A DNA stretch of 63,831 nt, filler included, from Octopus bimaculoides (lineage: Eukaryota): NCBI RefSeq assembly GCF_001194135.2. It is 7 parts of 7 records of this genome, joined end to end, with 100 filler letters (N's around TTAATTAATTAA, not from the genome) between each part and the next. Parts side by side here need not be neighbours in the genome. Positions count along the whole stretch, not along the records: positions 36,734 to 59,120 come from NC_068985.1; positions 59,221 to 62,484 come from NC_068992.1; positions 62,585 to 63,831 come from NW_026298187.1; 4 more parts are not named here. One strand, 5' to 3'. The position numbers were made by a program, and so were the translations under genes. Positions 50,405-63,831 of this stretch are shown here, in pieces (position 1 is the stretch's first letter; every line of letters starts with the position of its first letter). A model generated the notes under the pieces. That model did not search any database. It was given only the letters and a program-made list of their open reading frames with translations, and was not told the origin of the DNA.

Positions 50405-52883
50405 ACTTATGCATACACTCAGTGATATATACACGTATGTAGAAATATATATATAGATTTGTACCGTCACATACACGTATACGTGTGTGTCATTGTGCAA
50501 ATATATGTCTGTATATTTTTCAAATGTGTATATACGCATTTTTATGTAAACTTACACACAAACACACACCTCACACAAACACACACCTCGCACAAACACA
50601 CACACATATAAAGACTCACACACACATACACACTCACACACACATACAAACGCTTACACACACTTACAAACACACACACACACATGCAAACACTCATACA
50701 CTACATGCAAACACTCATACACACACACACTTACAAACACTCACACGCATACAAACACTCACACACACATATAAACACTCACACACACACATACAAACTC
50801 TTACACATACACATACAAACACTCACACATACACACACACACATACAAATACTCACCCACAGACGTACATACACACACACATATAAACACACACACACAC
50901 ACACACAGGTAACTGAATCAATGGCGGTAAACGAAAATGGTTTGACGTTTGTGTTCTAAGAAAGTGGTGCCGTTTAGCGCTTGAATATTTTATGGTTAAA
51001 GTCATGTTGACCTTGACGACGACGATGGTGATGACGATTATAATAATAGTTTTGATGATGGTTGTCGTCGCACGCATGTTTATTTAACCCTAGGTCAGTG
51101 ATGCTTTTTACTCAAATATTTTATCTAAGATTACATTATATAATGTATTATAGATATCGTTTGAAGACAAAAATTTGGCTACTATTTCTAGTCCAGATGA
51201 TTGGTCACATTGAAGCGCCTTCATTTGGTAATGGAAGTAATGAGAACTTTTATTTTCCATAGCTAGTGTAAATACTTTGCGAAAAAGCAAATTTACTACG
51301 GTATTCTTCCTTAGATAATATCTCGTGTAGACGTGCTGTGTCTAAAAAGGCAAATATATCAGTAACAGACGAAAAACATCCAGCAACTGCGGTAAGAATG
51401 CTAAATGCACATTCCTACCTCGTTGGCTTTGTCAGCAGCATGTGCTCACAACTTACTGTGTGCTAAGATAAAAATCTGTCGTTACCGATATAGGAAAACA
51501 GTGAAGGGCAATCACTGGTGTTGCCAACAGTGTTGGATACAACGAATTTTTATTCAGCCAGGCGGCTATTTGCAACATCAGTAATTATTCATTCACTATT
51601 TTCCTATAGATTTTACTATGCGATAGACTGAGTACATGCTACTGACAATGTCCAACGACCAAGGAACACGCATCAATCGGCTGTGAGACGATTTATGTCT
51701 GCTTCCCATATATATTGCGCTAGAAAGCGTGAGTTCGAATAGTTACTTTCTATAAAGTACTGTACTGAGTCTATAATAAAAGTCACATTTATAATGAACA
51801 AGTGCATAGCAGTTGCGCCTGTCCTACAGCTAACTTTTTACTCTGAGACGCTGCCAATACTATAGATCCCACATCAGTTAGTTTGAACTACAACAAAAAA
51901 AAGAGTGTATGGGCTATCTAATCAACATCTATTAATACACAATGTATATGCAGTTAATATTTATATATAGTGTCTGTTTAATCAGTCAACACCTAAACAC
52001 TGGTGTTGTATTTCCCTCGGATGACTCGCAGAGATAACACAACGAGTTATACAAATTTAATTATTACATTTATTATTCAATTACATACAAACAACGCACT
52101 CACCCAATGTTCGTTATGAATAAACACAAGTCATGTCCGCCATATATATATATCAATGACATTTTACCACGACAGTCACACAAGACAACAACAATGAAAC
52201 AATGAACTCAGACGAACCACAGTGACACACGGAACGTCAGACGAATTACATATCTAACAGTCCATATAACAACTGGTCTATCGACTCATGATTTCCAGAC
52301 TTTGGTTAACATGCAGTTTAGTATCTTTAGAAAAGCGGAAGTAAATTAACCGGAAATGATGAAAGTGACATTACATAATTTCATGTAAGCGTTGTGTATG
52401 ACATATCAAATGTATAGAACGTACATACATTTTATATAACACGACAACTGTACAAATATTTTATATGGCTATCGTGTGTCGACATACAAACCATCCAATT
52501 GCCTTCGGAGTGGCGTTCGTTGTTGAGTAAAGTATATAGGAACCTCAGCTGCTATTTCTGAGGATACTATACAAGTAGGTGCCTGTGATTTCAGAATAGT
52601 GAGAGAGTCGTGTTAATGAAATTAAAGGATTTCACTAGTTCACTTTACATTCTCTTTACGAAATTATGGGGCTGTTTTCCCTTTTGATTTGTATCGCAAT
52701 ATACTTTAACTTTTGACGGTTGTGTTCTAAGAAAATGATGAATATTTTACAATTAAAGTTATGATGACTCACATCTAGACTCTCAATTTTTCTCTCTTTC
52801 TCTTTCTGTCTGTCTATCTCTCTTTATGTCTTTCTCTCTTTCTCTCTCCATCTTTCTGTCTCATTCAGTTGATGTATATATAT

Positions 52884-52914
<31 letters not shown>

Positions 52915-52920
52915 AAATTT

Positions 52921-53890
52921 AGATATGTTTCGACCAGAGATGGTCCAGACCATGTCTAATTTAATAGCACCACCTAATAGTATTAACAAAATCCTTTTTA
53001 AGTCAAGTTTTGTGGTATCATGGTCCATTCGAGTAGGGAGTTCTTGTTGAGTGCGTTGTGTAGGTGGCTTATCTGGTATTCCTTGTAAAAATTTGTCCAG
53101 AATCCGTTTAAAGATGATGGGATCCTTTTCCTCTTTGATCTGTGTCGTAACAATGTTAAATAGGACAGGGCCTGTTGAGGAAAAGAAATTGTGTTGCAGT
53201 GTATTTATGTGTTGTGATCCTGAATTGGATAGGGGACGTATGACCCCTGGTCCTAACCTTGAATGAATTTTGAAGCTAATGTTGAGGTCGTTTGGGTAAT
53301 GCTGGTGGTATAATCTCTACATTGTGCAAATGATGTATCGCTCACGGCGGTGCTGGAGGGAATAGGGATTCAATGCTTTAAGGTGGTCCAAATATTCGAG
53401 ATCAGTCATGCCTTTGTTCTTTTAGTGAGTGACCTCTGGGGTGATTCAGTTTTCCAAAATGTTTTGTTTTGTATGGGGAGACCACAGGGGGCAGCAGTAT
53501 TCGAGGTGTAGCCGTACAAAGGAGGAGCAAAAAGGAATGATGACACTTTTTTCTCTGGACCGGAATGTTCTTAGGATCCAGGAGCTCATCCTACGAGCTA
53601 TATCGACCTTATTGTTTATGCAGGCACTCCAGCTCAGATTGTTGTCAACAATTACTCTAAGGCCTCTGATATTATTAGATGTTGTGAGTGGCTCCCTTGA
53701 ACGAAAAGAGTGTGGCTGGTTTAGCATAATCTTTCTTCTAAAATGCATCAGCTCAAATTTTCCCTTATGTAATTTCATTTTGTTTTTGTCTATCCATTGA
53801 CCCACAGCATGTAGATCAGACTGGAGTTCAGTTCGGTCTTCTTCATTGATAATTTTCTGGAGCTTAGAGTCATCAGCGAATATTTTCACT
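52921..53890 (-). mobile_element. CR1-type LINE, 3' portion (RT C-terminus plus 3' UTR)
   Basis: KIFADDSKL, ELQSDL...W...NKMKL, SFVRLHLEYCCPLWSP, GPALFN and FL..IPDKP motifs, with frameshifts. The tail abuts (TA)n. Confidence 0.9.
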
Positions 53891-53937
53891 TTGCTGCTTT
53901 ATGACGCTGGAAAGGTTGTTTATATAGACTATAAAGA

Positions 53938-54037
<100 letters not shown>

Positions 54038-55982
54038 ACACACACACACTGTATATATATAAAATTTGCGACGAAAACACTTTTAGTACCGATAGCAATC
54101 TGTAGATTCTACTAAACGTTGATCTACTGTACGAACACCATATTGCGGTATTTGTCTTGAGAAAGCACCTCGTATAGGCGTATGGCGCTAGAAAGTACAG
54201 AAGTATCAGTAACAAAGAAAAAGCGTCCACGTCTTGGCAGAATTTGAGCTTAGAATGTAAAGAACCGGAAAAAATGCCGCTGAGCAGTTCGTCCGACGCT
54301 CTAACTATTCTGTAAGCTCGCCACTTAACAATAACAATGGTTTCAGATTTTCGCCTAAAGACACTCACTTTTAGAGGAGGTGATTAGTTGATCACATCAA
54401 ACCCAGCACATGATTGGTGATTTATTTTATCGAGCTCCGATGGATAAAAGGGAAAGTTGACCTCAGCGACACCTAGAGTTTCCCCGAAAACGTCGACGCT
54501 CTTACGCACCATAAGTTCTATATATATTGCAAAAGTGAAACTTTCAACGATCGCATTGTCCGACTTGTAGAGAGTGGTGAGCGCCTGATGACATTCCGCG
54601 TGCCAGACAACCAATCTTGATCCTTTCATGAGCCAAGACTGTATTTCCATCAAAAAGACGTGCGTGTCTTACAAGCGGAGACCACATCTGTTCACCGTTA
54701 AAAAATATCTACAGGTGGTGCAGCCTTAGCGCGTGTCTACTCATCAGTAACTATGGCGTGCCAAGTCCACCTTTCAGAGGACACGGGAAACAGGTTTTTC
54801 ATCTTCCTCCGATAATATTTTGTTCTTAACACAGCACGTTTATAAGAAATCCCTTTATCGGATGAAAACCGCAGCAACTTATCTATTAATGATGTTTATA
54901 CATTAAGTATGACGCATATATTGCTACACAAATATATATTTACACATACATAAATCCATAACACACAGATCCACATATGAATAACATACATTGTCGCACA
55001 CATATATATGAACATAAACACATACATATATTGTCGCCTTGAAGGAGCAAGTGGTGTATATTAACCGCGTTATCTAATATCCGGTTATCTAATACCCAAT
55101 ACGAAACTAATTGGTTAGATCGGCTGAAATGGATCGATAATACACATATATGTGTATGTGTGGGTCTACATACATACAAACATACATACATACATACATA
55201 CATACATACACACACATACCTATACACACATAACATGCATACACTAAAAAACGAGATTTGAAAAGTCTCATTCGACAGATGATATTTTTGTTCGCCTGCA
55301 CAAGAAAAATAGGATATTTTCCTGCAGACGACATTCTCTGTTTAATGTCCAATGTCTACAAACAAAGTCTCCAAACAAAATAACGAACACTTATATCTCT
55401 GCTGTGTCCCTTTCTTCCGTTTTTCCTCATTGCTGCCATAATATATTCCGCTTCAACAACACTTGGAGACGTTGTTATGTTAAGGCTGTTGGAAGAGAGA
55501 ACCCAGCAACAGCTACACACATACACGAACACAATACACATACAGTCATACACACACAATCATATCAGGCATTTTTTTTTCCTTTCCCTAATTCCTCTCG
55601 TCTTCTTTCTCTCTCTCTTTCTCTTGCTTTCTCTCTCTCCCTCTCTCTATTTCTCTATCATGCACACTACGCGCACACGCACGCTGTCTGTATCTTTCCC
55701 CATCGCATATAAAACGCGCACAACACAACACGTCTATACACGTATGTATGCGTTTATGTGTGACTGTATATTATACAAGAACTGTAAACAATGACAGAAA
55801 TAATAAACGTGTGTACAGTGCATCTGCATATTTTACACACACACACACACACACACGGGCGGACACACAGACGGACACAGAAACACAGACACACATACAC
55901 ATACCCACGGATATACGGATACACGGACGCACACACGCACACAAATCTACGTAGCACATAATCATATTCACACATACATACC

Positions 55983-56037
<55 letters not shown>

Positions 56038-56079
56038 GTGCGTACACCACACACACACACACACATATGCATACATACA

Positions 56080-56115
<36 letters not shown>

Positions 56116-57062
56116 CATATATGTATAAATATGTTTGTATTTATATATTTCATAACTTTTTATATGTTTGGGACATTAAGAGTGGCGAACAAGTTTTTGC
56201 ATGGATAGATTACCAAAAATATGATCACTCATGCGTACCCATCGATGTGTATATATATATATCTTTATCTGTGTTTGAACACATACATCTGTAAAGCGTG
56301 TATATGTATCTATATGCGTGTGTCATTACAGCGCGCACGCGCACAGACACACATGCATACGGACACACACACACAGGCACGAACACGGACACGGACACAC
56401 ACGCACACAAATCTACATAGTACATATAAATATACACTCACATATACATTTCTATGCATATATATATATACACACACACACATTTATGCATACACACATA
56501 TATATACATGTATATATATGCATACGTATACACACACAGAGATGCACACACAGATGTAGATATATGTGTGCTTATAATTATAAGTGTGTGTGTACGTGTG
56601 TGTGTTAAGTATGTATATATACGCATATATGTATATATATATGTGTAGACATATGTAGCAGAGAGTTAGAGGTGATACATACATACATACATACATTCCC
56701 AGTTTCTATTTTAAACAAACAACGTTTGATTTGGTGGAGACATTAAGGGCGGGAAACCGTTTTGCCTGAGCAGGCGATCAAAAATTTGTTCAGTGAAGCG
56801 CGTGGATTTGCAAAAATAAGTTTGAAGGCAAATGATAAATTGACTTTCGAAGTGGATAGAAGCTGGGAAATTTTAAAAGACAAAAATAAGAATCTGGTGA
56901 AACTATTCAAAATGTGACGGGGAAAAAAATGGAAAATGCATTCTTATATATTTTCGTTTCTTTATTTGTGTTCCCACTTCGTTGTCATCCTCTTCTTCTT
57001 CTTCTTCTTCGTTGTCGTCTTCGTTGCGCCGCCGCCGCCTTCGTCATATTTTGTAAGCGGTG

Positions 57063-57456
57063 AATTGGCACAAACGTTAGCACGCCGGGTGAAATGCTTA
57101 GCGGTATTTCGTCTGTCTTTATGTTCTGAGTTCAAATTCCGCTGAGGTCGACTTTGCCTTTCATCCTTTCGGGGTCGATAAATTAAGTACCAGTTGCGTA
57201 CTAGGGCTGATTTAATCGACTGGCCCCCTCCCCCAAAATTTCGGGCATTCTGCCTAGAGTAGAAAAGAATCGTTAGCGCGCCGGGCAAAAAATGCTTAGC
57301 GGCATTTCGTCCGTCCTTTGTGTTTTGAGTTCAAATTCCGCCGAGGTCGACTTTGCCTTTCATTCTTTCGGGGTCGATGACATAAGTACCAGTGGAAGAC
57401 TGGAGTCGATGAAATAGACCAGCCCCCTCCCCCAAAATTTCAGGCCTTGCGCCTAT
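57063..57456 (+). mobile_element. Tandem pair of a ~200-bp SINE-like family (family D)
   Basis: Two consecutive GTTAGC.CGCCGGG..AAATGCTTAGCGG...GAGGTCGACTTTGCCTTTCAT.CTTTCGGGGTCGAT units. Others at ~45920-46115(+), ~33340-33535(-), ~54225-54490(-), ~58500-58665(-) and ~63500-63667(-). Confidence 0.85.
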
Positions 57457-58719
57457 NNNNNNNNNNNNNNNNNNNNNNNNNNNNNNNNNNNNNNNNNNNN
57501 NNNNNNNNNNNNNNNNNNNNNNNNNNNNNNNNNNNNNNNNNNNNNNNNNNNNNNNNNNNNNNNNNNNNNNNNNNNNNNNNNNNNNNNNNNNNNNNNNNNN
57601 NNNNNNNNNNNNNNNNNNNNNNNNNNNNNNNNNNNNNNNNNNNNNNNNNNNNNNNNNNNNNNNNNCGATGTAATCAACTAACCTCTAACCTCGAAATTTC
57701 AGGCCTTGTGAATTATTTCTTGTTCATTTGTTTGTAATTTTTTGTTCCTATTGTTTTCCCTTCCTTTCTTTTTTCCTTCTTTCCTTAATTTCTTCGTTTT
57801 CTAATGTTTTCCTTATTTTCCTTTTCTTTCATTGTTTGATTGTGTTATTTGTTTCTTTGTTTCTGTATTTTGTTTCATGTTCTTTGCGGCCCTCTTTTAC
57901 TTCTCTCCTTTGTAGTCTAACGCCCTTTTGAAAAGGAATACGTGAAGAGAGAAAGAGAGAGAGAGAGAGCATATACGTATGTATAAACGAATTGAAAGGA
58001 GCAAAAGAGAGGGAGAGGTGATATAAAATGTGGGAGATAAATAAGAGGGAGAAAGAAGGAAGACCCGTCTCTGAGTAGATTTTATTGAATGGATCGTGAA
58101 ACCGATGAGTGAAACCGGTTATTTAATTTGCTTGAAGGTTAAGTGGGTTGAGACTACTATCATACAGACAAAAGCCGTATGGTCCATTAAGCCAAAACTG
58201 AATACGCTGCAGTGAAAATTAATATTCTGAAACTATTATTAATCAGTACTTCCGAACGATTTTATTAAAACATTTAATATAATTGTACTTAAATCAACTT
58301 ACAAGCAACTCCAAAATACAATTGTTCACATATTTGTGCTCTTTAAACGACTGCCATGTTTTCTCTTCTAAAGCATTGAATGCGAAACTAAAACAATGCT
58401 AACTCTTAAGATCAGAAAAGTCGATTTAAACTTGAGTTCAGCGTATTTCTAATAAATTTCTCAATGAAATCTCTTGTGAATAATAAATATCTGTAATTTA
58501 GGTACGTGCCAGTAATTTTGCGATAGGGAAGGGAGATAGTCATTTAAACAGACTCAAGTCTGTTTGACTGTTACTGAATGTTACCGGCCTTGGAAAGATG
58601 ACAGGCAAAGATGGCCTCGACAGAATTTGAACTTAGAATGTAAAGATCCGGTATAAATAATACAAGGCATATTATTTGTCGTTTTAATGTTTCTACCAAT
58701 CCACCACCCTTCTATAGTA

Positions 58720-59120
58720 ATAATAATAATGTCTTTTATTCGTCACAGGAACACAGACATGTGGTGCATCACAAGGACAGTCTACAATTTATGTTGGAGT
58801 TTATGTGGTGTGTGCGTACGAGTAGATGTAATCACCTTACCTCGGTTTTCCTTTCCTCGACTGCGAGTCTGTCTTGCGGTATCCAATCCTTAAAGCTTGC
58901 CCCGACCCAAAGTACACCAGGAATAGCAGCTGCTTCTCCCAAACCTAGACTGTCGCTTCACACGTCTTGTCCTGACCACAACCCCGCTTGAAAAAGGGCA
59001 CGAATCCCGATCGAGGCTCCCTCTGCCCTTTTTCCCCTTCCGGTCAACTCGCCCTACCGGTCAGCCTCCCCAGACACTGACGTCATACCACACGCCACCC
59101 TGATCTTAAAGATCACGTTC
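58720..59120 (-). mobile_element. LINE-like 3' end with AATAAA and (ATT)n tail
   Basis: GC-rich block followed on the minus strand by CCTGTGACGAATAAAAGAC(ATT)n. The 5' side is lost in a gap. Confidence 0.4.
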
Positions 59121-59220
59121 NNNNNNNNNNNNNNNNNNNNNNNNNNNNNNNNNNNNNNNNNNNNTTAATTAATTAANNNNNNNNNNNNNNNNNNNNNNNN
59201 NNNNNNNNNNNNNNNNNNNN

Positions 59221-59275
<55 letters not shown>

Positions 59276-61711
59276 GTATGTATATAAGCGGATGGTTCGC
59301 ACGATAGAATTTGTATTTAAAAACAAAAAAGGCATCACTTTGAAATTTCTATCATGTATAAAAGAAAGTAATTTACATTTTTATCACAGTACGCTACTTG
59401 TTTCACTAACTCTATAAGACGATTTAGTCATGCAGAAAAGAAGAAAATAAATTAAAATAAGTTCAATTCAATTAATTTTTCCTTATATTAGTTCTGGATT
59501 ATCACATGTGTTTCTTACAAAAACCACAAGATGTTCTTAGTTTCTTTTCTTCTGATTGCTGCTGCATCTTGGTAACGTAGCAGCAATATTCCAAGCAATG
59601 GTTGTTCTGGTTTCTCATAGAGGAGTGGCGAATAGTAGTAACATCACTTTTACTGGGTCTAGTAAAAGTTAGTTGCTATACAGTCGACCAATTAGAACCA
59701 TTGTTTAATTGGATGTCTATAGAACCGACAGCATCAAATGGGCAGGAATCTGATTATTAGGAGCATTTAGTTTGATAAATTAAAACAGTAGCTTTCAACC
59801 CGTGCACATATGACACTTGGGGGGGTGGAGATAAGATATTTTTCTTAAAATTTACATGCACCACATATTTTGATGATTTTTTTGAAAATACAATTGCTAA
59901 TAGTGATAAAACATAACAGGAATTTTTAAACGATGAATGGCAATGAAGGCTCACCCGAGTAAAATAAGAATCAAAGTGGTCCATAGGCAAACATTCTTTG
60001 AGTATCTCTGGATTAAGAGTAAAATGTGTTGAATTGAATCTCATATCTCCAAAAATGCATTAGCTTACTCATGGAACATAGAATCAAATATTAGAATGAA
60101 ATATTAGTGTCTGGAATCATTATCTACAAAAACTGGCGTCAGCGATCCAGTTCAGACTCCATCAATGCTTTGAAGTCTGTGGCAGAAACCATTTACCCAT
60201 GACACAATATATTCAATTATATTGTGTTTATTATATGACATATATAAGTTGATATGATAAGCGCTTAAATTTACATTCCTAAAGTTACCATATACGAATG
60301 TCAAAACTAATAAAATATAGAAAAGTGAGAGATATAGCAAATTAATATAGAATTAGGAAAATTTAGGAAAAGAAATTAGCAGAGATTGAGAAAAATTAAC
60401 TCCTTGAAATATTTATAATTAAAATAGCAGGAACAAGAGTAAGACTAATATTAAATAAATAGCGAAAAACAGATTATGATAAAAGTATAGGGAAGTAAAG
60501 ATCGAGATAAATTTGATTGGTTCAAGCCGACTCAGAAGTATGCGCAATTTACAGATTTAAATAAAGATGCTGTTGAATGGTTATTTTAAAGCTATTGCAC
60601 ATATTTTTATCTATTACACAAAACTCTTACGAATTTTTGCTTGAATAATTAATTAATTCAATTATGTTATTTATTTATGTAATTAATTAATTTATAATTT
60701 ATTACAAATATGTTAATATTGTTCTGATTTGGAGTGTTAAGCTTTCATAATCAATCGAAACATGTTCTTAATATGATTATACATTCTATTTCTATGTAGA
60801 AGATTGGGTTATTTTCATTCGCAAAATATCACGTAGTTTTCTTTTATGAAATCTCAGAACCTAAATGAATAATGAGTACCTTTTCTCAAATGAACTACAA
60901 ATGAAGTAATAAGAGAAACAAGACGTGGTCACTTCAGTTGATAGCAATATCTGCTACATATTTCAACAATTACGTTTGAGATTTAGAAATAGAATAGGAT
61001 TTAAATTAAGATAAATTACCTCTGTATCTGGGAGTCCTTATTGATGGGCCTGCCCAATAAAAGTTATCTGTGGTTAAACAACTAATATGTCATGTTTATT
61101 CAACAATGGGAAGAGACATTAATGCATGAAGTAAAGTGGGTAAGGTTTTCAATTATAGCCTGTTTTCCGACAAGAAAACAATGGTATTGAGATCATAGTG
61201 CTTAATCATGAAAGCAAATATCATACGTGGACGAGGATGTTTGCAAACTCGCTTACTGTGCACAGCTATTCCGATAATTATATGCACAATACTGAAAAGA
61301 ATATGATACATAGCAGTGGTTAAGAGCCGAAAGTAATTTTGCTGCAGGTAAATATAAAAATATACAAAGGTACAGAATTTTGAGGGATACTTAAAATATT
61401 AGGACATACATTCACAAAAATTATATACATAAATGTAAATGCATATATACTTGCGCATATATGTATATATAAATATATACATTTATGAACATGAACATAT
61501 ACATGCGTATATATGTATGTATATNNNNNNNNNNNNNNNNNNNNNNNNNNNNNNNNNNNNNNNNNNNNNNNNNNNNNNNNNNNNNNNNNNNNNNNNNNNN
61601 NNNNNNNNNNNNNNNNNNNNNNNNNNNNNNNNNNNNNNNNNNNNNNNNNNNNNNNNNATATATATATATATATGCATATAATAGACACACACATATCTAT
61701 CTAGCTATCTA

Positions 61712-61747
<36 letters not shown>

Positions 61748-61936
61748 TCTAGCTAGCTACCTATCTGGCTATCTCTCTCCCCCCTCTCTCTCAACACACA
61801 CACACACACACACACACATACACACACACACACACATATAGATAAATGTATATGTATATATACTAAAAGAGAGAACGAGATAGATATATAGATAGATAGA
61901 TATAGAGAGAGAGAAAGAAAGAGAGAAAGAGATAGA

Positions 61937-61977
<41 letters not shown>

Positions 61978-62443
61978 TCCGTTTTGTACAAACTGAATTA
62001 AACTAATAATATATCTTCTACTAAAATGCCTTTGAGAATGTGAAAGAGAATCTAGAAATGGAATTGTCTAATAAATGCAATAAAAGATAAAATAGAAATT
62101 TCCCAAGAGAGACTATTCTTTTCTTTAATGTGCTACTAATACATATGCACACTTAATTTGGCAAGAACACATATTCAAACATATGCATACGTTATATAAG
62201 TCTGTAGGTCTCAATTTGTGTACATGAAATTCAAATTTATCTACCTTTGTATGATTATGAATAAAAGTGTGTATACTCGTATATCGAATAGCAAATCTCT
62301 ATATTTATTTACACGCTATATACTTTACAACATATATACTTTACAACATATAAATACTAGAACGCATCATGGTAGTTTTTGCATAAATAGGCTAACACAC
62401 AGAGGGAGATAAAAATATATTTATATTTCTCTATACCTATCTA

Positions 62444-62484
<41 letters not shown>

Positions 62485-62743
62485 NNNNNNNNNNNNNNNN
62501 NNNNNNNNNNNNNNNNNNNNNNNNNNNNTTAATTAATTAANNNNNNNNNNNNNNNNNNNNNNNNNNNNNNNNNNNNNNNNNNNNTACATACATACATACA
62601 TACATACATACATACATACATACATACGCACCAAGAGGAAATGGGAAAGAAAGTTAGGAAAAGAGGCAGACATACATCTACGCATATGTACGAACATACG
62701 TACAAACTGTTTCACCTGTGGTGAATGTAATGAAGAACTACAG

Positions 62744-62778
<35 letters not shown>

Positions 62779-62779
62779 T

Positions 62780-62845
<66 letters not shown>

Positions 62846-63054
62846 CAGAGAGACAGACAGTAGTAGATGAAGCAAATATTGAAATCTTTAAAGTTTATGT
62901 TTTTTGAATTTGAATCATTTTAAAATGCCATTATCTCTGATGGTGTTAAGTCTTTGGAAAACAGATTTATATTATGATGCGATAAGTATTGGCTTACAGA
63001 TGACGTGGCAGATCTGTAATCATAGTCACTATAAACACCACTACTACTATTACC

Positions 63055-63107
<53 letters not shown>

Positions 63108-63831
63108 CAGTAGTAGTAGGAAAAGCGAAGTTGCGTACTTATCGACCCATCATGATCGTTTGATTCTAGGATTGTAAAGAAAGAGGAAGAAAAACAAAAA
63201 TAAATTAAAATAGGAAGAATTTGGAGCATGCGAACACTTAAACGTTGTGTCTGTTGTCTGTGATAATTAGTGAGTTGGGAACGGTAAGCATAGATATAGA
63301 GAAATGGTTTAAGGAGATTGGAATACAATGTCTTGGAGAGCTCCTACAGAAAATGTGTCTCTTAGAAACATCAGGAGGGTTCTAAGCGCTTGAAAGACTG
63401 CTGAAAACTTGTGGAAACCAAAGGTTGCAGGTAGTAACCCGCTACCCAGAAAAGCCAAGCCATAATAATGGTGATTATAATTTTTTTGTACAATAGGATC
63501 AAGGCCTAAAATTTGAGGGGAAGGGTTGTTGTCGATTACATCGACTCCACCGCTCAATTAGTGTTTGGTGCTTATTTCATCGACTTCGAAAAGGGTGAAA
63601 GGCGAAGTCGACCTCGGTGGTATTTGAACTCAGAGCATAAAAGACGGACGAAATGCCACTAAGCTCGCTGCCTTAAAAAAAAAAACACGAATACCACTAA
63701 CACCATCAACACCACCACCATTGCTACTACTACTACTACTACTACTACTTCTGCTGATGCTGTTCATGCTACTACTACTATTGGATAGATACATTTCTTT
63801 TATTAGCCACACAGGGCTCAACAAAGATGGG

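Noticed and set aside
55356-55559. MAAMRKNGRKGHSRD as an FGF11-14-type N-terminal exon
   Set aside because: There is an in-frame stop before any donor site, and the similarity is limited to MAA plus basic residues.
59531-59575. Plus-strand MFLVSFLLIAAASW as a second signal-peptide exon
   Set aside because: It is short, ends in a stop, and the only nearby splice option (49-nt intron) creates TGA.

Overview
AT-rich, repeat-saturated and gappy eukaryotic scaffold. The SINE families, microsatellite density and LINE mix point to a coleoid cephalopod, most likely Octopus; this is inferred from remembered repeat types, not from a search. One protein-coding gene can be fully reconstructed: a minus-strand, three-coding-exon fibroblast growth factor (33782-33620, 31756-31653, 29877-29692). 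It gives 150 aa, has no signal peptide, is FGF1/2-like, and has canonical GT-AG sites with the classic 104-nt middle exon. About 12 kb downstream on the same strand is an orphan signal-peptide exon (17290-17192) with a GC-box/CpG-rich flank. A short in-phase segment resembling an insulin-family B chain (14897-14832) could be its second exon, but this is speculative. The rest is transposon debris: at least five tRNA/RTE-type SINE families, CR1-, RTE-, Tx1- and R4/Dong-type LINE fragments, a Helitron helicase remnant, a mariner remnant, and hAT and piggyBac MITEs. The most informative TE observations are (i) a 3' tail shared by the dominant SINE and a CR1-type LINE, with a compensatory stem-loop change, and (ii) three R4/Dong copies stacked in (TACA)n tracts. 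A ~720-bp fold-back lies at the window start. Most long ORFs in the supplied track are artefacts of N gaps or microsatellites. No CRISPR array, rRNA or genuine tRNA gene was seen. Identities quoted are counted by eye or flagged as estimates.
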